A stretch of 63,934 nucleotides of DNA, filler included, from Chiloscyllium plagiosum (lineage: Eukaryota): the NCBI RefSeq assembly GCF_004010195.1. It is 4 parts of one record of this genome, joined end to end, with 100 filler letters (N's around TTAATTAATTAA, not from the genome) between each part and the next. Parts side by side here need not be neighbours in the genome. Positions count along the whole stretch, not along the records: positions 48,774 to 57,441 come from NC_057714.1; positions 57,542 to 63,934 come from NC_057714.1; 2 more parts are not named here. One strand, written 5' to 3'. Positions 48,674 through 60,479 of the stretch are shown one piece after another; position 1 is the stretch's first letter, and the number at the start of each line of letters is the position of its first letter. The translations under genes and the position numbers were made by a program. Below the pieces are notes generated by a model, which did no database searches, was not told the DNA's origin, and saw nothing but the letters and a program-made list of their open reading frames with translations.

Positions 48674-48773
48674 NNNNNNNNNNNNNNNNNNNNNNNNNNN
48701 NNNNNNNNNNNNNNNNNTTAATTAATTAANNNNNNNNNNNNNNNNNNNNNNNNNNNNNNNNNNNNNNNNNNNN
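48674..48773. other. Artificial scaffold linker N44-TTAATTAATTAA-N44
   Basis: Same structure as the linker at 22335. Confidence 0.95.
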
Positions 48774-49453
48774 CACCACCCTCTGTCTTCTACCTTTGAG
48801 CCAGTTCTGTATCCAAATGGCTAGTTCTCCCTGTATTCCGTGAGATCTAACCTTGCTAACCAGTCTCCCATGGGGAACCTTGTCGAACGTCCATGAAGAG
48901 AGTTCTAAACCTGTCCCACCCTGTGTGTGTACAAGTGCTTCCCAACATCTCTCCTGAACAGACTGTCCCTAATTCTCACATCCTGTTCTAGAATCCCCAA
49001 CCGGTGGATAAAGACAAACTATCTCTACCCTGTCCTTTCCTGTTAATATCTTGAAGACTTCAATCAGGTCTTAACCTTCTACACAATCCACAACCCTTCA
49101 AATTCAAGGCCATATACAAGGCAATGAAGGTAAAGCCATCACAACGATTAGTTCTGACAGAGCTGATTGAATGGATTGCTGGGTTATTTCACAGGGCACA
49201 AAAGAGCTGATCACCTTTCTGCATGTCCGCAGTCTGATCCAGGTCAGACTGGGTAAGACCGGTCATGTTCTAAGCAAAAGATCACTTTGGAGTTCTATGT
49301 CAGCTAAAGATCACGTTGAATGACACTAGTGTTTTATATCCTGATTATTTTAACAGAGTTCAGATTCTCGAACTGTCCAGATGGAATCAGACCTCAGTGG
49401 ATCCCGTAAGCCAGTGAGGGGTCCCTGGATGAGATACCCGAACCCTGTAATGA

Positions 49454-49627
<174 letters not shown>

Positions 49628-49754
49628 TAGCACCTATCATAAGTTAGGGATGTAACAGACCTCTGTAACGTAGTCATGGCTGGAATTGGGACAAGTAATT
49701 TATGCACAGCAAGCTCAAACAGGCGGCACCTATCGGCAGTTTTGGTAATTATTA

Positions 49755-50230
49755 GAGAGGCTTCAGGGCACAAGGGAACATACTCCATACTTTTCTTCCA
49801 AACAATAACTATGGAAACCTTAATATCGATCTGAGAGCTCAAATCATAGCTTAGCTCACCTAAGGCTGAAACGTCCAACAGTGCGGCACTCCCTCAGCAC
49901 TGACCCTCCGACAGTGCACACTCCCTCAGCACTGACCCTCCGACAGTGCGGCACTCCCTTCAGCACTGACCCTCTGACAGTGCACACTCCCTCAGCACTG
50001 ACCCTCTGACAGTGCGGCACTCCCTCAGCACTGACCCTCTGACAGTGCGGCGCTCCCTCAGCACTGACCCTCTGACAGTGCACACTCCCTCAGCACTGAC
50101 CCTCTGACAGTGCGGTGCTCCCTTGGCAATGCACTGGGGTGTTAGTCTGAATTACCTGCACGTGGCTGTGAAGTTGGGATTGAAGCCAGAAATTTGTGAA
50201 TCTGAGCAGAGAGCTGTGCTCTCCTCTCTT
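49755..50230 (-). mobile_element. Deu-type SINE remnant with an internal 33-bp minisatellite expansion (49875-50125)
   Basis: The array is flanked by SINE-like sequence (...gcactggggtgttagtctgaatta...gggattgaagcc). Family assignment is from memory of DeuSINE consensus sequences. Confidence 0.55.
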
Positions 50231-50717
50231 TCTCGTGGTCTGTTTTCTGCTGTTTGTCAGTAGCATGTGGATGAATGTTTGACTTGACTGTTGATATCCT
50301 GTATTCAAATCCCATGAACATGCCTGTCACTGTTAAATTTAAATTCCTTCCGCATTACAAGAACAGGGTGATGAGGTCCTTTCTGTCTGACCTTTGACCA
50401 GTCTGGGTTTGACTGACTGGGGCCTAGTGTCTGGATGTGACACCTGACCTCCTCTGGCCCCCCACTCACTGCACTCCTTGCACAGCTGCTTGAAATCTGT
50501 CTGTTTCACACCCCATCCCCTCACCCTTAGCCTGTTGGGCAGAGTGTGAAAATGTCTTTGATCACCACTTACTCGTTTCAGGGCCAGTGGGAATGAGGGT
50601 AAACTATTTGCCCAGTTTGAGGGTTGCTGGGAATAAATGGGTTATTTTCGAGGTGTGAGACTGTGCCCCAGTGGGTGCTGCAGTGATTGGTGCTGGAACC
50701 TTGGCTGTATGAAATCT

Positions 50718-50950
50718 ATTCTGGATCAGTGGTGCTGGAAGAGCACAGCAATTCAGGCAGCATCCGAGGACAGGCAAAATCGACGTTTCGGGCAAAAGCC
50801 CTTCATCAGGAATAAAGCTTTATTCCTGATGAAGGGCTTTTGCCCGAAACGTCGATTTTGCCTGTCCTCGGATGCTGCCTGAATTGCTGTGCTCTTCCAG
50901 CACCACTGATCCAGAATCTGGTTTCCAGCATCTGCAGTCATTGTTTTTAC
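50718..50950. mobile_element. Young family A element: perfect 200-bp palindrome (50718-50917) plus a 33-nt tail; cores at 50782-50809 (-) and 50826-50853 (+)
   Basis: 13-bp TSD CTGTATGAAATCT (50705-50717 and 50951-50963). Centre of symmetry AAAG|CTTT. Confidence 0.88.
50826..50853 (+). ncRNA. Minimal type I hammerhead ribozyme motif, sense to the GPT pre-mRNA
   Basis: CUGAUGA-A-GGGC(UUUU)GCCC-GAAA-CG-UC. Confidence 0.75.
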
Positions 50951-51199
50951 CTGTATGAAATCTGTATTGATGGCTTGGGTGAAGACTCAGTAATATATCC
51001 GTGTTTGTTAATGGAGTAAAGATAGGTGAGACTGGCAGCAAAGACATATAGACAGAGTAAGCGAGACAGAGGATCATGTGGATAAGCGGAATGGTTGAAA
51101 GACAGGTTAGGAAACCACGAAATTGATGGGTTACGTAAGTGGGTGAAAGTTAGCAACTGGAGTCTGATACGCGCTCAAGTGAAGTTGTTCAGTTTTAAG

Positions 51200-51915
51200 G
51201 GAGTATTATTGAAATGGAGAAGAATTGCAGAAAGCTGCAACACACAAAGACTTGGGGGGGAGACTTGGAACACAGAAAGCTAGCACATGGGTAGCAGGTA
51301 ATCAGGAAGGGTAACAAAATGTTGGCCCTTTTTTCAAAGGGGTCGGAGTATAAAACTAGGGAGGTTTACTGTAGCTGTACAAGGAGCTGGGGAGAGCACA
51401 CCTACTGGGCAGTTTGTTCCCCTTATTAAAGGAGAGATGTTCTTTCAGAAGAGGAGGTTCACTTGGATGGTCCCTAGGATGGGGGGGGGATTGTCTTATT
51501 AGCGAAGGTTAAACAGGTTGGGACTCTGCTGGCTGGAGAAAAATGAGAGGGGATCTCACTGAAACATGCCCGATTCTTGAGGGGCTTGACAGGGTCAATG
51601 CTGAGAGGGTGTCTCCCCTCATGGGAGAGTCGAGGGCCAGAGGGCACTGGCTCAGAATAAAGGGGCACCGACTGGAGGCTGAGGTGGGGAGGGAATCCCT
51701 TCTCTCAGAACTCCTCGTCACAGGGAGCTGTGGGGGCAGAGTCCTTGTGGATATTTTAGGCTGAAACCGAGAGATTCCTGATCAGTCGGGGAATTGAGAA
51801 GAAAGGGCAGGAAAGGGGACGTGAGGATTGTGGGATCAGCCATGAGCCTGTCAAATGGCAGAACATGTTGGTGGGGCCGAATGGCCTACTTCTGGTTCTT
51901 ATAATCCTATGGTTT
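51200..51915 (+). mobile_element. Old CR1 3' fragment
   Basis: MRGDLTETCPILEGLDRVNAER plus a CR1 3' UTR. Confidence 0.7.
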
Positions 51916-52756
51916 TATGTGTGAGGTTCTCCTCTTGTAAAAATAAAAAAAAAGTCAGGATCTGTTTGAAACAGTGAGGGAGTGGGTAAATGTTCCTATT
52001 TGAGGAATTGGTGTGTCCTTGTTGGCAAAGTAAACAGGCTGAGCAAACAGTACAGAAGGATCGGTTATATTCCTGTTTACTTCGAGGACACTGAGTGCGA
52101 GAGTAAGGGAGGCTTTACAGTGATGTCAGGAGCTCTGGTGAGGTTCACTGGGTGCTGTTTTGGAAGCTAGTTAGTTCATTATTTAATCAAGGATTTGTCT
52201 TTGACTGACAATGTGGAGAATACAATGTAACTTCATTATGTGAATCCAACAACCTCCTTGACGAGACAGCTAGCTTCACTCAGAGTTCTGTCTGAGTTAC
52301 AGCAACCGACCCTCTTTCATTCATTCATTCATGGACGAGTAGGACCGAAGGGTCTGTTTCCGTGCTGTACATCTCTGTAACACAATGACTGTAAGTCATG
52401 AGAAAGCAAAACGAAATATGTATTTGTACCAATGGCCAAAGGCCTTCTTTATTGAGGGGTAGATTTTGAGGAGTATCATTGAGGAAGAAAGAGGGTCAGA
52501 GAGTTTGCAGAGCTCAGAGCCAGGCTGTTGAAAGCACTGTCACTGATCGTGCAGCAATGCGAGTGGATTATCAGGGAACCGCACTCTGGATTTGTACAGG
52601 CAGATAGAGAAATGGGGCAGTGGGATGAGGATATGGAAGGGTGAACACAGTAATGCGATGATTGTGGTGGCGATGGTTGGGTTTGGGTGTTTCGCTGGAG
52701 TATTCCCTTTGGTTTTGATTCTCTTTGTCCTTTGCTGTATTTCTGCTCCTTCACAG

Positions 52757-52847
52757 GATGACCATCCTCCCCAAGACTGAGAAGCTGAAGGTGCTTCTAA
52801 GCAAGCTGAAGAAATTCTACCAGGAATTCACCCAACAGTATTCCTAA
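52757..52847 (+). CDS. GPT: Alanine aminotransferase last exon (MTILPKTEKLKVLLSKLKKFYQEFTQQYS*)
   Basis: ccttcacag acceptor in phase 2, TAA stop. Matches the ALT C-terminus MTILPPLEKLRLLLEKLSRFHAKFTLEYS. Confidence 0.93.
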
Positions 52848-52998
52848 CCATCAGAGTCTGTCCCCAACTCCATGCACTGCGGGAGTGCACAGGGACAAAC
52901 CTGTCAGGTTATCAAATGTGCTAGCAATAGGAACGTACACACATACAGTGTACATCTCGATGTTTCAGCAAGGGAGGCGGGGGGGTGCAATGCAAATC

Positions 52999-55096
52999 AA
53001 TAAAACAAATGATCTGCCCTAGAACCAATCAAACACATCGTTAGGTGAAGGGATAACAAATGGGAGGGAAGGGACAGATATGATCAAGAAAACCATCTAA
53101 GATGATTCTCTATAATGTTAACAATGCAATAATCTCAAAGTTAGGATGAAGTAATTGGAACTGTCTGATTTCCTCATGGTCTGTATCTGCAACAGGAACA
53201 ATTTTCTGTGATCCTCGTTGAGGGGATCACTCCCTGTGTGAACAATCTCATCTTGGACTTTACATTAATATTCTGCATCAGGACCAAGGAAATTGCAGAA
53301 TTAAATATTAATTGTCGTTGAGGATTTTCGCCGGTACTGTCCAAAGTTACCAGTTTTAAGCAATGATTCAGACTTGGGTTAAAAGCTAGGAGTTCAGACA
53401 CGGCCAATCCTCAACCAAGGGGTGGGAGCAAGACAACAGGCCTCAGTGCCAGAGGATTAGAGCCAAGATTTCTGATCCTGAGCCCGGAGAACCAGCAGCG
53501 TGCCTGTCCAAGCACCTGTAGGTGTTCCTGTCCAAGCACCTATAGGTGTTCCTGTCAGAGTGCCTGTAGGTGTTCCTGTCGGAGTGCCTGTAGGTGTTCC
53601 TGTCGGAGTGCCTATAGGTGTTCCTGTCGGTGTTCCCGTCGGAGTGCCTATAGGTGTTCCTGTCGGAGTGCCTATAGGTGTTCCTGTCGGAGTGCCTATA
53701 GGTGTTCCTGTCGGTGTTCCTGGCGGTGTGCCTGGCGGTGTGCCTGGGTGAAGGGTGAGAAGCTGCTGATATTCCAGTTGTGCCACTGAGTGACATTAAC
53801 AGCCAACCTTCTGACTGTGGTGGTACTCAGAACACAAGATAGACACAAAACGAATGCAGTTAAACTTCTGTAATTCACAAGAGCAGTGGGTCAGTCAGTC
53901 AGTACCCTAACGTGAAGCCTCCCAGTTACCAACTCACCTTCGGGTTGTATGGAACACAGCTCCCTTGTGTAGTTCTGCTCCTTGATTGGATTGGGTGAGC
54001 TGGACACACTCCCATGTCATGTTTGGTGCACAAGGGGAACACCATGAACTGACGACCTCCCCTTTATCTGAAAGTCCAAAACAGCAATGGAATTTCACTT
54101 CACGGGAGACACAAGGGAAGCTAATATAACAACCACTCCAAACCTACGGGACCAATCTGGAGTCTAACTGACCCATTCCTGACCAAGATTCACAGCTCAT
54201 CTTGGGTCATGCCCCAGGTCAGAGGTCATGGATGCCATATGGGAGAGTTGGTCTTATGATGAGATTTACTAAGGGGGGTGTTGATTGTCTGTGAGACATG
54301 CTGTGACCCTGAATGAACCAATGGATTAATCCTGAACACCATCATTCTTCATGAAGGCTTTATTTTCAGATGTATCCACCAGGTTTGAGGATCAATCCCT
54401 GAGTGCCTTGGCTAAGTTCTGTTTTCTATCTCTGTTGGTTGTGAACAGCGAGCAGCGACAGCAGTATTTGTGGTGGATTTCCAAAATGGAGCTGTTTAAC
54501 TTGAATTGGCTTTGTTGTCTCACACGATAATCAATAGAGACCTAATCCGAGGAGAGTTCATTTAGTCTGAAAGCAAGAGGCAGTAGATAAGCTGCTGTTA
54601 GTCCAAAATAAACGCAGAGTGTGCTGGAGCAACTCCAGTCAGGAGAGTGGAGAACAGCTAATGTTCCCAATCACTGCTCAAAATCTGTCCTGTACCAAGT
54701 ACATTTGGGGGTGTATTGTGTCCACACAGAGCAGTCTAAGTCATCGCTGGGGCCAGTTTTCACTCCTGTCTCTGGTAGGGTTGGTGCAATAGGCGTGCAG
54801 TTTCAAAATCAGTGTCACATCAGCATGACTCGGCTGAATTTAATCTTAAACTACCTTCTAATTGCAAGGATCACTTTTTAATTAGGTGTTTTATATTCCT
54901 GCCTCACCTTAAGCTATTTGATATTGGTCCCTGATGTTTTCGGGAACTTGTATTAATTGTTTTCATTGTTGTGGTGGGTAAACACCTTGAGAGAGAGCCG
55001 ATTGAGCATTTTAACAAAAGACAGGGTGTGGAGGGTCAGAAGGATTGAAAGATCTTGCTTCACAGTTCTCTGTCCTGTACTTGTTTCAAAAATAAA
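52999..55096 (+). terminator. Candidate GPT polyadenylation signals (AATAAA at 52999-53004, 54607-54612, 55091-55096)
   Basis: Hexamers in repeat-poor sequence downstream of the stop. The sequence alone does not show which is used. Confidence 0.4.
53500..53750 (+). repeat. 24-bp (2x12) minisatellite GTGCCTRTAGGTGTTCCTGTCGGA, probably in the GPT 3' UTR
   Basis: Direct periodicity. Confidence 0.9.
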
Positions 55097-55404
55097 GACT
55101 TTTAACTCAAGTTAGCAATGCCTCTGAACGTCTGCTCCTTTCACATGTGACACAGTTCATGTTACAGGCTTGGTACAGGGTGGGGAGGTAACACTACTCC
55201 CTGGGAGGAGAATTTGGGAAAAGGTTAAAACCCCTCTTCATTCATCAGAGTAAGGCAGGGTGACGTGACAGGCCTGTATAATGTTAGAAATGGATGGGAT
55301 ATGGTAAGACAGAAGCCTTCAGTTTCTGGGGCTAAAGGGTGGGCTACAACAATTCTTAAATACAAAATTAGCTGATAGAAAACTACAAATGCCATGAGAT
55401 TCTA

Positions 55405-55557
55405 TGTTAAAAATCACACAACACCAGGTTATAGTCCAACAGGTTTAATTGGAAGCACACTAGCTTTCAGAGTGATGCTCCTTCATCAGGTGCGTCGCTC
55501 CGAAAGCTAGTGTGCTTCCAATTAAACCTGTTGGACTATAACCTGGTGTTGTGTGAT
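55405..55557. mobile_element. Family B palindromic element; core at 55461-55489 (-)
   Basis: Reverse complement reads CUGAUGA-A-GGAG(CAUCA)CUCU-GAAA-GC-UA. Confidence 0.72.
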
Positions 55558-55559
55558 NN

Positions 55560-56370
55560 GTTTTCATCAGGATGGGAGAAAGAGGCTGAGAAATAAATAG
55601 AAGGGGGTGAATGGGATGGTAATAGGTGGATGCAGGTAAGAAGTGATTGTGATTGGTCAGTGGGAAGGGTGGAGCAGCTAGGTGAGTAGGAACATGGGCA
55701 GGTCAGGGAGGTGAGGAGGGACAGGGAGGGCTGAACATGGGGTAAGGCTGGGGGAGGAGGGACTTTGAAGCTGGTGAAGTGGATGTTGAGGCCACTGGGC
55801 TGTACACTTCCCAGGGGAAATATAAGGTGGTGTTCCTCTAGTTTGTTTGGTCTGTAGTCTGTAGTTTGGTCTGTAGTTTGTTTGTAGTCTGACAGTGGAG
55901 GAGGCCAAGGATGGACATGTCGCCAGGGGAGTGGCAAAGGGAATTAAAATGGATGGCAACTGTAAGGTCGGGTTGGTTAATGAGTGTGGAGCGCAGATGC
56001 TCCATGAACCAGTCCCCGAGCCTGCGTTTGGTCTCCTCGATATAGAGGAGACCACATCGGGAGCAGCGGGTATAATAGATGAGGTTGGATGATGTGCAGG
56101 TGGATCTCTGTCGGATCTGGAAGGATTGTTTGGGGTCTTGGGCAGAGGTGTGGGGGTAGGTGCTGCACCTCCTGTGGTCGCAGGGAAAGGTACTGGGTGG
56201 GGTGTACACGTTGGTGGGGGTGTAGAGCTGCCAAGGGAGTCACAGAGTGAATGTTCCTCACGGAAAACTGACGGAATGGGAAGGAAATATCTTTTGGGTG
56301 GTGGGGTCTGATTGTAGGTGCCAAAATGTCGGAGAATGACCCGTTGGATTCGAAGGTTGGTGGGGCAGTA
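55560..56370 (-). mobile_element. Penelope-like element 3' part with GIY-YIG endonuclease, ending in a CUGAUGA core (55564-55570)
   Basis: TCTSSNLIYYTRCSRCGLLYIEETKRRLGDWFMEHLRS...VAIHFNS..H..DMSILGL. Confidence 0.85.
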
Positions 56371-56631
56371 CTATGTTTTAGTCATAAACAGGTATAGCAC
56401 AGAAACAGACCCTTCGGTCCAACTCTTCCATGCTGACCAGATATCCTAAATTCATCTAGTCCCATTGGTTTAGGGTGAGGGGGAAAGATATAAAAGAGAT
56501 CTGAGTGTCAATTATTTCACACAGAGGGTGGTACGTGTATGGAATGAGCTGCCAGAGGAAGTGGTGGAGGCTGGTACAATTATAACATTCAAAAGGCATC
56601 TGGATGGGTATATAAATAGGAAGGGTTTAGA

Positions 56632-56944
56632 TTAGATTAGATTCCCTACAGTGTGGAAACAAGCCCTTCGGCCTAACAAGTCCACACCGACCCTCGGAAG
56701 AGTAACCCACCCAGACCCATTTCCCTCTGACTAATGCACCTAACACTACGGGCAATTTAGCATGGCCAATTCACCTGACCTGCACATCTTTGGACTGTGG
56801 GAGGAAACAGGAGCACCCGGAGGAAACCCATACAGACACGGGGAGAATGTGCAAACTCCACACAGAGAGTCGTCCAAGGCTGGAATCGAACCTGGGACCC
56901 TGGTGCTGTGAGGCAGCAGTGCTAACCACTGAACCACTGTGCCG
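56632..56944 (-). mobile_element. HE1-type SINE inserted in a CR1 3' end
   Basis: Complete head, body and tail. TTTAGA is duplicated at both junctions. Confidence 0.85.
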
Positions 56945-57246
56945 TTTAGAGGGATATGGGCCAAGTGCTGGCAAATGGGACTAGATTAGGTTAGGATATC
57001 TGGTTGGCATGGATGTGTTGGACCAAAGGCGTCTGTTTCTGTGTTGCACATCTCTATGCCTCAGTGACTTTGCCCCTAAGACAATCCCTCCATACCAGGG
57101 ATCATCTGAATGAACATTTTTCTGAGCTGCCTCCAATGAAATCTTTCCTTAAATAAGGGGACCACAACTGCTCACAGTATTCCAGGTATTGTCTCCCCAG
57201 CTCCTTCTATAGCCTCTACTCTCATATTCCAAACCTCCTGAAATAA

Positions 57247-57441
57247 GGAGAAAATGAGGACGCAGATGCTGGAGATCAGAGCTGATAATGTGTTGCTGGA
57301 AAAGCGCAGCAAGTCAGGCAGCATCCAAGGAACAGGAGAATCGACATTTCGGGCATAAGCCCTTCTTCAGGAATGAGGAAAGTGTGTCCAGCAGGCTAAG
57401 ATAAAAGGTAGGGAGGAGGGACTTGGGGGAGGGGCGTTGGA
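57247..57441 (-). mobile_element. Family A arm extending into PLE 3' sequence; core at 57343-57370
   Basis: Reverse complement reads CUGAAGA-A-GGGC(UUAU)GCCC-GAAA-UG-UC. Truncated by the linker. Confidence 0.7.
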
Positions 57442-57541
57442 NNNNNNNNNNNNNNNNNNNNNNNNNNNNNNNNNNNNNNNNNNNNTTAATTAATTAANNN
57501 NNNNNNNNNNNNNNNNNNNNNNNNNNNNNNNNNNNNNNNNN
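57442..57541. other. Artificial scaffold linker N44-TTAATTAATTAA-N44
   Basis: Same structure as the linker at 22335. Confidence 0.95.
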
Positions 57542-59375
57542 TCCACACTTTTCCAAAATCTGCTGACCTATGCTTTCTTCCATCTCCGTGCTGCTATTGG
57601 GGGACGCCTGTAGTAAACCCCTAAAGAGGTGACTGCTCCCTTGCTGTTCCTAATTTCCACCCATACTGACTCGGTAGGCAGATCTTCCTCGACAATGGAA
57701 GCTTCTGTAGCTGTGATACTCTCTCTGATTAGTAGTGCTACACCCCCTCCTCTTTTTCACCCCTCCCTATTCTTTTTAAATGCTCTAAACCCTGGAACAT
57801 CCAGCAACCATTCCTGCCCCTGAGAAACCCATGTCTCTGTTATGGCCACAACATCATAGCACATATGGGTGCTAATGAAATAGTGTAGGATAGATGAGCT
57901 TCAGATTGGTTCCACAATCTGAGGGCAACATCGGGGGCCGAAGGGCCTGTACTGCGCTGTAATGTTCTATGTTCTAAAAGCCCCAGGTCCTTTAACCTTT
58001 CTTCATAAGACACACCCTCCAGTCCAGGCAGCATCCTGGTAAATCTCCTCTGCACCCTCTCTAAAACAACCACATTCTTCCTATAATGAGGCAACCACAA
58101 CTGAACATGATATTCCAAGTGTGGTCTAACCAGGGCTCTATAGAACTGCAGCATAACCTCACAGCTCTTAAACTCAATCCCTGCTAATGAAAGTCAACAT
58201 ATCACATGCCTTCTGAGCAATTCTATCAACTTGGGTGGCAACTTTGAGGGATCTATGGACATGGATTCCAAGATCCTTTTGTTCCTTCTGTCTGCCAAGA
58301 GTCCTGCCTTTAACCCTGTATTCTGCACACAAATTCCACCTTCCAAAATGAATCACTTCATACTTTCCCAGGTTGAACTCCATCTGCCACTTCTAGCCCA
58401 GTTCTATATCCTGTCAATGTCCCATTAGAACCTACAGCAGCCCTCCACACTATCCACCACTCCCCCAGCCTTCATGTCATTGGCAAACTTACAAGTCCAC
58501 CCTTCCACTTCCTCATCAAAGTCATTTAAAAAAATCACAAAGAGCAGAGGTCCCAGAACAGATCCCTGTGGATCACCACTGGTCACCTGTATCCATGCCT
58601 CCTTCCTTTTTGGGTGAGCCGACCATGGGGAACCTTATCAAAGACCTTGCTAAAATCCATGTACACCACATCTACTGCTCTACCTTCATCAATGTGTTTT
58701 GTCATATCCTCAAAGAATTCAATAAAGTTTGTAAGACATGACCTGCCCTTCACAAAGTCAAGCTGACTATCTGCAATCAAACTATGGTTTTCCAAGTAAT
58801 CATAAATCCTGTCTCTCAGAATCTTCTACAATACTTTGTGCACCATTGATGTGAGACTGACTGGCTGTAATTCCCAGGATTATCCCTATTTCCTTTCTTG
58901 AGTAAGGGAATAACATTTGCCACCCTCCAATCATCTGGCACTACCCCAGTGGACAGTGAGGACGCAAAGATCATCGCCAAAGGCACAGCAATCTCTTCCC
59001 TCACTTCCTGAATTAATCTTGGGTACATCCCATCTGGCCCAGGGACTTACCTATCCTCCTTCTTAACATCAACCTGTCCGAGTATATCAGTCTGTTTCAT
59101 GCTGTTCTCACAAATGTCAGGGTTCTTCTCGCTAGTGAATACAGAAGCAAATTATTCATTAAGCACCTCCCCTACCTCCTCCGACTCCAGGCAGCAGGTA
59201 TATGGAACGAACTGCCAGAAGGAGGTGGGTGCAATTACAACATTTAAAGATATTTGGACAGATTCATCAACAGGAAACATTTAGGGGGATATGGGCTAAA
59301 TGCTGGCAAATGGGACTAGGATAAATTAGGAAATCTGGTTGGACTGAAAGGTTTGTTTCCATGCTGTATGTCTCT
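57542..59375. mobile_element. Cluster of CR1 fragments, mainly - strand ORF2 at 57980-59190
   Basis: YMDFSKVFDKVPHGRL, DDWRVANVIPL and RPHLEYHVQLW. Confidence 0.8.
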
Positions 59376-60479
59376 AATTCAGTAAGTATGAGGATTCAGC
59401 ATGAGGGGGAATATTCAGTGTGAGGAGGAATTCAGGAACAAGAGAAACCATGGACGATGGAGGCAGAGGAAGATCAGGAGGTGGGTGGTGTTGATAATGT
59501 GGAGGACAAAGAAAGGAAGCAGCAGGTGGTGGAGAAGAGGATGAGGGGGTGCTGGAGGTGACAATGTCATTCAACATTTTGTCCTTGCCTGACTGTTCCA
59601 AGCCATCTCATCTGTTTCTCACCCTCAGCTATTTCTGCTTCTTCAGCTAATTCCTTTCAGTTCCCCATCAGTAACCTGGACATTGGAGCTTGATGTGGAA
59701 GTTTTTCCCTCTGTCATGTTGGCTGTGGTGAGGGCGTTCTCTCGAGCAAAGGGTTTGCCATTGATTTGTTACTGCTGGCTGTATATATATATTAAGCCGT
59801 CTCTTTGTTAGTGCTGGGAATTCAGGCCACTGTGTGAAAAATGAAGAGCAGCTTCTGTGAATGATGTGGGGACAGTGCTGTGTGCTTATAGCAATGCACA
59901 AGGAGATTGGGGGGGAAAAGCTAATTAACAAACACTGAGGCTTTGTCCAACTCCAAAGAGTTTGGGAACTCAAAGTCAGCTTTTGTTGTTCACACAGAAA
60001 GGAGCATTCTTTACAAGAGATTTCCATTTCCATTTGCCAACTCACTTCATCAGGCACTAGTTAGTGTTCAGGGATCAGGGAGTAGCCTTAAGCAGCTCAG
60101 TGGGTGTGAAACTCACTGGTGAAGAGATAGCAGAGTGTCAGTGAAGTGGAGAGCTGAACTTGAATCGACAATGAACTGGGACTTCCTCGTTCACCCCCAC
60201 ATTACAGTGAGTGCTCTTTCCACCACTTTAGCTGCTGATTATGCTTGTCATTCAGATACAGGGGTTTTAGACAATTGCTTTAGTTTATCTTAAAGTGACT
60301 TCGGGAATGCAGCAAGCAGTGAGGAGTCTGTTAGCTGATTCAGGGGGATGTAGACTGCCTGCTGAAATGGACAGTAACAACTTGGAAAATACACTTTCCC
60401 CTAAAACCTTGCCTGCTAGGTACATGGCAGATGAAGCAACGTAAATAAAGGGAATTACATTGAAATGAAGACTGGGTGG

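Noticed and set aside
50718..50950. Reading the palindromic elements as DNA-transposon MITEs
   Set aside because: TSDs vary in length (7-15 bp), the arms are asymmetric with a one-sided tail, solo arms occur, and the sequence is continuous with PLE 3' ends. All of this fits retrotransposition better.
53443..53796. PVGV / TPTG repeat ORFs
   Set aside because: Translations of a 24-bp minisatellite downstream of the GPT stop codon.
59374..60057. Unique-looking minus-strand ORFs and a TATA-like run near 59780
   Set aside because: No recognisable homology and no convincing splice-site pair, so a gene call cannot be supported.
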